From an uncultured Lachnospiraceae bacterium (GTDB lineage Bacteria > Bacillota > Clostridia > Lachnospirales > Lachnospiraceae), in the NCBI GenBank assembly GCA_946623295.1, contig CAMOQY010000001.1, positions 1-29,216 on the forward strand: DNA of 29,216 nt, in the 5' to 3' direction. The position numbers were made by a program, and so were the translations under genes. Under the pieces are notes generated by a model that saw only the letters and a program-made list of their open reading frames with translations, did no database searches and was not told the origin of the DNA. Positions 24,446 to 29,216 of this stretch are shown here, one piece after another (position 1 is the first letter of the stretch; the number at the start of each line of letters is the position of its first letter).

Positions 24446-25712
24446 TGCTCTGGAATATGTCAACAAGCATGGCTGGAGCAAGACCAATTTCGGACTGGAA
24501 AGGACGAGGGCGCTGCTTCGCGCTATGGGAGACCCGCAGAAAAAGCTTCGCTTTGTCCATGTGGCCGGTACAAACGGCAAGGGCTCTACCTGCGCGATGC
24601 TCGCGGCAGTGCTCGGGGAGGCAGGCTTCAGGACCGGGCTTTATACCTCGCCCTATATCCAGGATTTCCGTGAGAGAATGCAGGTAAACGGCGTGCCGGT
24701 GGGCGAAGCTCAGTTTGCGCGGATCACGGAAAGGATGATCGCCGCGGCTGAGGCCATGCCCGAGCATCCGACTCATTTTGAGATGATCACGGCGATCGCG
24801 ATGCAGTATTTTCTGGAGGAACGGTGCGACATCGTTGTCCTTGAAGTAGGCATGGGAGGAGAGCTGGATTCTACAAATGTGATAGACTCCCCCGAGGTTG
24901 CCGTCATTACAAATATCGGACTCGACCACACCGAGTTTCTCGGTGATACCGTGGAGAAAATAGCGGAAACAAAATCCGGGATCATAAAGCCCGGCTGTGA
25001 TTGCGTGTGCTACGACGGGGACCCTGCCGCCGTGGCTGTGGTGCGCCGTGTGTGCGGTAAAAGAGGTGTGACCTGTATCGTGCCGAAGAGCTCCGATATC
25101 GCGCTTTTGGACGGGTCGACGGACGGACAGAACTTTTCATACCGCGGCAACAGATGGCATCTGAGCCTGCTCGGACGGCATCAGCTCATGAACGCCGCCG
25201 TGGTGCTTGAGACCCTTGCGCTTCTGAGAAGCAGAGGCTTTGATATACCCGAGAGCGCGGTAAGCGCGGGCCTTTCGTCCGTGAAATGGCCGGCGCGGTT
25301 TGAGATCCTGCGCTGCGAGCCTCTTTTTATACTGGACGGAGGCCATAACCCGCAGTGCGCGCAGGCGCTGACCGAGTGCCTCGACGAGTATCTGCCCGGC
25401 AGGAAGCTGACTTTCCTGATGGGAATGCTCGCCGACAAGGATTATGAAAAGGTCCTCGATATAGTCGCTCCGTACGCGTCGCGCTTTATATGCGTGAGGC
25501 CGGCAAGCCCGAGAGCGCTGGATCCGGCTGTACTTGCAGCACTGGCGGAAAAACGCGGAGTGGAGGCTGTTTCTTATGAGGATACCGCGGCGGCGGTGAG
25601 ACTTTGCAGACAGCCTGAGACGGGCGATGTGATAGCCTTTGGCTCGCTCTATGCGGCCGGGGAGATAAGGACACTGATGGGCTATGCCTCCGGGGAGTAT
25701 TTATGCGGCTGA
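24432..25712 (+). CDS. folC: Folylpolyglutamate synthase/dihydrofolate synthase
   Basis: HVAGTNGKGSTC, GLYTSP, FRERMQVNG, LEVGMGGELDSTN, WPARFE, LDGGHNP. Confidence 0.96.
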   Translation: MTYADALEYVNKHGWSKTNFGLERTRALLRAMGDPQKKLRFVHVAGTNGKGSTCAMLAAVLGEAGFRTGLYTSPYIQDFRERMQVNGVPVGEAQFARITERMIAAAEAMPEHPTHFEMITAIAMQYFLEERCDIVVLEVGMGGELDSTNVIDSPEVAVITNIGLDHTEFLGDTVEKIAETKSGIIKPGCDCVCYDGDPAAVAVVRRVCGKRGVTCIVPKSSDIALLDGSTDGQNFSYRGNRWHLSLLGRHQLMNAAVVLETLALLRSRGFDIPESAVSAGLSSVKWPARFEILRCEPLFILDGGHNPQCAQALTECLDEYLPGRKLTFLMGMLADKDYEKVLDIVAPYASRFICVRPASPRALDPAVLAALAEKRGVEAVSYEDTAAAVRLCRQPETGDVIAFGSLYAAGEIRTLMGYASGEYLCG

Positions 25713-26350
25713 AGCATGTCAAGGGCGCCGAGGAGGCGATAGAACAGAGCGGATTTGTGGTGCAGGAGCCGCGGGAGCTGCGCGGATCATGGCGCAGGGA
25801 CGGACGCCCGCTCTGCATAGAGATAGGCATGGGAAAGGGCAGCTTTATAACAGGTATGGCCGCTGCTCATCCGGAAACAGATTATATAGGTATAGAAAAG
25901 TTTTCGAGCGTGCTGATAAAGGCAGTGAAAAAGCAGCAGGAGCTTGCCCTGCCGAATCTCCGCCTGCTGAGGATGGACGCGGAGGAGCTGCTGACGGCAT
26001 TCGCGCCTGGCGAGGCGGATACGATCTATCTGAATTTTTCGGACCCGTGGCCGAAGGAGCGCCATGCAAAGCGCCGCCTGACCAGCCCCCAGTTTCTTGA
26101 GAAATACAAAAGCATCCTGACAGAGGGGGGATGGGTCGAATTCAAGACCGACAATATGCCCCTCTTTGAGTATTCTGTCAGCTCGTTTGAGGAATCAGGC
26201 TGGAAGCTGATGTACGTCACGCGCGATCTGCATGCCGACCCGGTCCTGTCTGCAGGAAATATAATGACAGAGTATGAGGAGCGTTTTTCGGCAAAGGGAA
26301 ATCCGATAGCCAAACTCGCCGCCGTGCCGGGACTGAGAGGATCTGACTAA
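25703..26350 (+). CDS. trmB: tRNA (guanine-N7)-methyltransferase
   Basis: IEIGMGKGSF, IGIE, YLNFSDPWPKERHAKRRL, FKTDN, TEYEERF. Confidence 0.96.
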   Translation: MRLKHVKGAEEAIEQSGFVVQEPRELRGSWRRDGRPLCIEIGMGKGSFITGMAAAHPETDYIGIEKFSSVLIKAVKKQQELALPNLRLLRMDAEELLTAFAPGEADTIYLNFSDPWPKERHAKRRLTSPQFLEKYKSILTEGGWVEFKTDNMPLFEYSVSSFEESGWKLMYVTRDLHADPVLSAGNIMTEYEERFSAKGNPIAKLAAVPGLRGSD

Positions 26351-26406
26351 GGGGAGCGGCAGAGTCCCGGCGGCCGGACTTACTGCACCGATACTGTACT
26401 GACTTG

Positions 26407-26436
26407 AAAAAAGGAGGCGGATACGCCTCTTTTTTT
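26407..26436 (+). terminator. Intrinsic terminator after trmB (potentially bidirectional)
   Basis: AAAAAAGGAGGCG-gata-CGCCTCTTTTTTT. Confidence 0.85.
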
Positions 26437-26531
26437 GATCGGGCCGTCAGCTTTTTTATTCCGGACTGGTCTTTCCGGCCGCAGATATCCCGGATTTCCG
26501 CGTTAAAAAAGTATAAAAATAGTCGGGAAAA

Positions 26532-26652
26532 TGCATAAAAACTCAACGACCAAAAAGCGAAATACACAGAAAATACAAGAAAAACGTTAGTTAAAGCGTT
26601 TTATTTTTTGAATTAAAATGCATAAAAATACAAAAAAGTAAATAAAAATTCA
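26532..26652 (+). promoter_or_regulatory. Cluster of ARG-box-like sites (ArgR/AhrC)
   Basis: TGCATAAAAACTCA (26532-26545), TGAATTAAAATGCA (26609-26622), TGCATAAAAATACA (26619-26632), TAAATAAAAATTCA (26639-26652), matching the TGAATwwwwATTCA core. Confidence 0.7.
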
Positions 26653-26660
26653 AAAAACCG

Positions 26661-26689
26661 TTGACGCGCTAAAATGCGGGCAGTATAAT
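26661..26689 (+). promoter_or_regulatory. Sigma-A promoter of the amino acid ABC operon
   Basis: TTGACG-N17-TATAAT. Confidence 0.85.
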
Positions 26690-26779
26690 ACGGCACATCC
26701 GATCCGGAGAGGGGCGAAGGACCGGAGAAAAAGTAAAGATTCTGTTTTGTTTTATACTACTAAAAGGAAGGTGGAAATT

Positions 26780-27637
26780 ATGAAAAAGTTTTTGGCAATG
26801 TTTTTAGCGGGAATCATGGTTCTGTCTCTTGCAGCGTGCGGAGGAAGCGATGATGGCAGCTCGGCTGCGGCTGACACCACAGCGGCTCAGGCTGATACTC
26901 AGGCCGACACCGAGGCCGACACCGGAGCGAGCGAAGAGGGAAGCGAGGCTGCTGCTTTTACCACTGTTCAGCCGGGCAAGCTGATCATGGGAACGAACGC
27001 AAGCTTTCCTCCCTATGAGTTCACTGAGGACGGCGTGACCATCGAGGGCATCGATGCCGAGATCGCGGCGCTGATCGCCGAAGAGCTCGGACTTGAGCTT
27101 GAGATCCAGGATATGGAATTCGGTTCGATCATCACTGCAGTCCAGACTGGCAAGATCGACATCGGACTTGCGGGAATGACTGTTACCGAGGAGCGTCTCC
27201 AGAACGTCAATTTCTCGACCAGCTACGCAAAGGGAGTTCAGGTCGTTATCGTTACCGAGAACAGCGAGATCGCTACGGTCGATGATCTGGCCGGAAAGAT
27301 GATCGGCGTTCAGGAGTCCACGACCGGACATATCTACTGCGAAGACGAGTTCGGCGCTGAGAACGTGACCGCTTACCCCAACGGCACCCAGGCTGTACAG
27401 GCTCTGCTGGCCGGAAAAGTTGACTGCGTAGTTATCGACAACAACCCTGCAAAGGCCTTTGTTGAGGCAAACGAAGGACTGAAGATCCTCGAGACCTCAT
27501 ACGCCGATGAGGATTACGCCGCAGCTATCTCCAAGGACAACGAGGGACTGCTCAAGGCCTTCAACGAGGTCCTCGATGCGAAGATCGCCGACGGTACCGT
27601 ACAGGCAATCATCGACAAATACATTCCTGCCGAGTAA
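26780..27637 (+). CDS. Polar amino acid ABC transporter solute-binding lipoprotein (probably arginine/basic amino acids)
   Basis: Lipobox LAAC, Ala/Asp/Thr-rich linker, GTNASFPPYEF, GIDAEIA, AGMTVTEER; start ATG 26780; substrate inferred from the ARG boxes. Confidence 0.92.
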   Translation: MKKFLAMFLAGIMVLSLAACGGSDDGSSAAADTTAAQADTQADTEADTGASEEGSEAAAFTTVQPGKLIMGTNASFPPYEFTEDGVTIEGIDAEIAALIAEELGLELEIQDMEFGSIITAVQTGKIDIGLAGMTVTEERLQNVNFSTSYAKGVQVVIVTENSEIATVDDLAGKMIGVQESTTGHIYCEDEFGAENVTAYPNGTQAVQALLAGKVDCVVIDNNPAKAFVEANEGLKILETSYADEDYAAAISKDNEGLLKAFNEVLDAKIADGTVQAIIDKYIPAE

Positions 27638-27657
27638 GCTGAGGTTTGACGGCAGAT

Positions 27658-27687
27658 ACGGAGGCGGGCTTGCCTGCCTCCGTTTTG
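27658..27687 (+). terminator. Intra-operon hairpin/terminator after the solute-binding protein gene
   Basis: ACGGAGGCGG-gcttg-CCTGCCTCCGT-type stem followed by a short TTTT tract. Confidence 0.65.
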
Positions 27688-27779
27688 GACGCTCTAAGGG
27701 AGAAACGCTTACCGGCGGCTCATTCGTTTAGGAGAGGAGCACGCGCCGGCGGCTTTTCCGAAGTATACAGGAGGTTTTT

Positions 27780-28508
27780 ATGCAGGAGTGGTTTGCGAAG
27801 ATAGCAGCCGATTTTACGCAGAGCTTTATCGATTCCGACAGATGGAAGGCGCTGCTTTCGGGACTGGGCGTTACGCTGCTCATCACGGTGCTGGCGCTGC
27901 TCATAGGAGTCGTGCTCGGCGTGCTCGTGGCCGTCGTCCGTTCGTCCTATGATCAGAAAAAGAAAAAGGGCGGACTGCTCGGCGTTCTGAATACGCTCTG
28001 CTATATCTATATCACGGTCATCCGCGGCACGCCCATGATGGTGCAGCTGCTGATCATGTATTTCGTGATCATGGTCAGTTCCACGAATACGATGCTTGTG
28101 GCGACGCTGTCGTTCGGTATCAATTCGGGAGCGTATCTGGCCGAGATCATCCGCGGCGGCATCATGGCCGTGGACAAGGGTCAGAGCGAGGCGGGGCGCA
28201 GCCTGGGTCTTTCTTACGTACAGACGATGAGGTTCATCGTCATACCGCAGGCGGTAAAGACGATACTTCCCGCACTCGGCAACGAGCTTATCGCCCTGCT
28301 CAAGGAGACCTCGATCGTTAACGTCATCGGTATGAAGGATATCACGAAGTGGGCGATGAACGTACAGGGCCGCACGTATCAGGCCTTTATGCCGTTTATC
28401 GGCATCGCGGCGATCTATCTCGTGATCGTCATCATACTCACAAAGCTCGTATCGCTCATGGAAAGGAGGCTGGCAAACGATGTCACAAGAAAACGGGACT
28501 CTCATTAA
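27780..28508 (+). CDS. Polar amino acid ABC transporter permease (HisM/GlnP-like)
   Basis: [24 protein letters not shown]...[17 protein letters not shown]; CAGGAGG SD. Confidence 0.94.
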   Translation: MQEWFAKIAADFTQSFIDSDRWKALLSGLGVTLLITVLALLIGVVLGVLVAVVRSSYDQKKKKGGLLGVLNTLCYIYITVIRGTPMMVQLLIMYFVIMVSSTNTMLVATLSFGINSGAYLAEIIRGGIMAVDKGQSEAGRSLGLSYVQTMRFIVIPQAVKTILPALGNELIALLKETSIVNVIGMKDITKWAMNVQGRTYQAFMPFIGIAAIYLVIVIILTKLVSLMERRLANDVTRKRDSH

Positions 28509-29216
28509 GGTCGAGGACCTGCAGGTCACTTTCACGGAGCCCGGCAGGACGGTCCACGCCATCACCGGCCTTTCCACCGAGATAAAACAGGGCGAGGTGG
28601 TCGTCGTCATAGGACCTTCGGGCTGCGGCAAATCCACCTTCCTGCGTACTCTGAATATGCTTGAGACGCCGACCGCAGGCAGGATCTTTTTTGAAGGACA
28701 GGACCTGACCAGCGAGGAGTGCGACGTAAACGTCCACAGGCAGAAGATAGGGATGGTCTTCCAGCATTTCAACCTCTTCCCGAACATGAACGTGAAGAAA
28801 AACATGACGCTTGCGCCGGTCCAGCTGAAAAAGAAGACTCAGGCCGAAGCGGATGAGAGGGCGATGGAACTGCTCCGGAGAGTCGGACTTGACGACCGGG
28901 CGGGGGCGTTCCCCCAGCAGCTTTCCGGCGGACAGAAGCAGCGTGTGGCGATAGTCAGGGCGCTGATGATGGAACCGGACGTGATGCTTTTTGACGAGCC
29001 GACGTCGGCGCTCGACCCGGAGATGGTGGGAGAGGTGCTGGACGTCATGAAGGAACTCGCAAAGGGCGGGATGACGATGGTGGTCGTAACGCACGAGATG
29101 GGCTTTGCCCGGGAGGTCGCGGACAGGGTGATCTTCATGTCGGAGGGCAATATCATGGAGGAAGGCACGCCGCAGGAGATCTTCGAGCATCCGAAATGCG
29201 ACCGTCTGAAGGATTT
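28480..29216 (+). CDS. Polar amino acid ABC transporter ATP-binding protein (GlnQ-like); partial, runs off the right edge
   Basis: Frame from ATG 28480 (AAGGAGG SD): [49 protein letters not shown]; not in the ORF track because no stop is in the window. Confidence 0.95.
   Translation, partial: MSQENGTLIKVEDLQVTFTEPGRTVHAITGLSTEIKQGEVVVVIGPSGCGKSTFLRTLNMLETPTAGRIFFEGQDLTSEECDVNVHRQKIGMVFQHFNLFPNMNVKKNMTLAPVQLKKKTQAEADERAMELLRRVGLDDRAGAFPQQLSGGQKQRVAIVRALMMEPDVMLFDEPTSALDPEMVGEVLDVMKELAKGGMTMVVVTHEMGFAREVADRVIFMSEGNIMEEGTPQEIFEHPKCDRLKD

Noticed and set aside
26861-26960. Short repeats (GCTGACACC, GCCGACACC) in the amino acid SBP gene
   Set aside because: They encode the ordinary Ala/Asp/Thr/Glu-rich lipoprotein linker
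1-29216. tRNA, rRNA, CRISPR, prophage or integrase genes
   Set aside because: None recognised; intergenic spaces are short and accounted for by promoters, hairpins and the elements listed

Overview
GC-rich chromosomal window of a Bacillota (Clostridia-like) genome, mostly housekeeping and transport genes. In order: 3' end of an archaeal/eukaryote-type proS; an XRE-type regulator; a small membrane protein; a maltodextrin-type ABC operon with malQ; cca; a 57-aa Cys-rich protein missing from the ORF track; a stand-alone E2-like acyltransferase domain with the catalytic His replaced; a DAACS symporter; yhaM; a CPA2 antiporter-flavin reductase-mscS-hemZ run; pyrR; tyrS followed by a membrane GGDEF protein; a Na/Pi-PhoU cotransporter; ECF-S (FolT-like)-folC-trmB; and an ARG-box-preceded polar amino acid ABC operon. 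The strongest candidate for an undescribed system is at 19588-21641: two coupled paralogous genes, each encoding TIR (inside) - single TM helix - LRR (outside), i.e. a Toll-like-receptor-like architecture. One keeps the TIR catalytic Glu and about 5 LRRs; the other has Glu->Gly, a shortened BB loop and a truncated LRR. Two other unexplained structures stand out: a 224-bp rod-like palindrome whose two ends are exactly the TGA stop codons of convergent hemZ and pyrR, and a structured 130-nt leader upstream of folT-folC whose 5' end can pair over the ribosome-binding site. No transposase, integrase, CRISPR array, tRNA or rRNA gene was seen. All family assignments are from motif recognition, without database searches.
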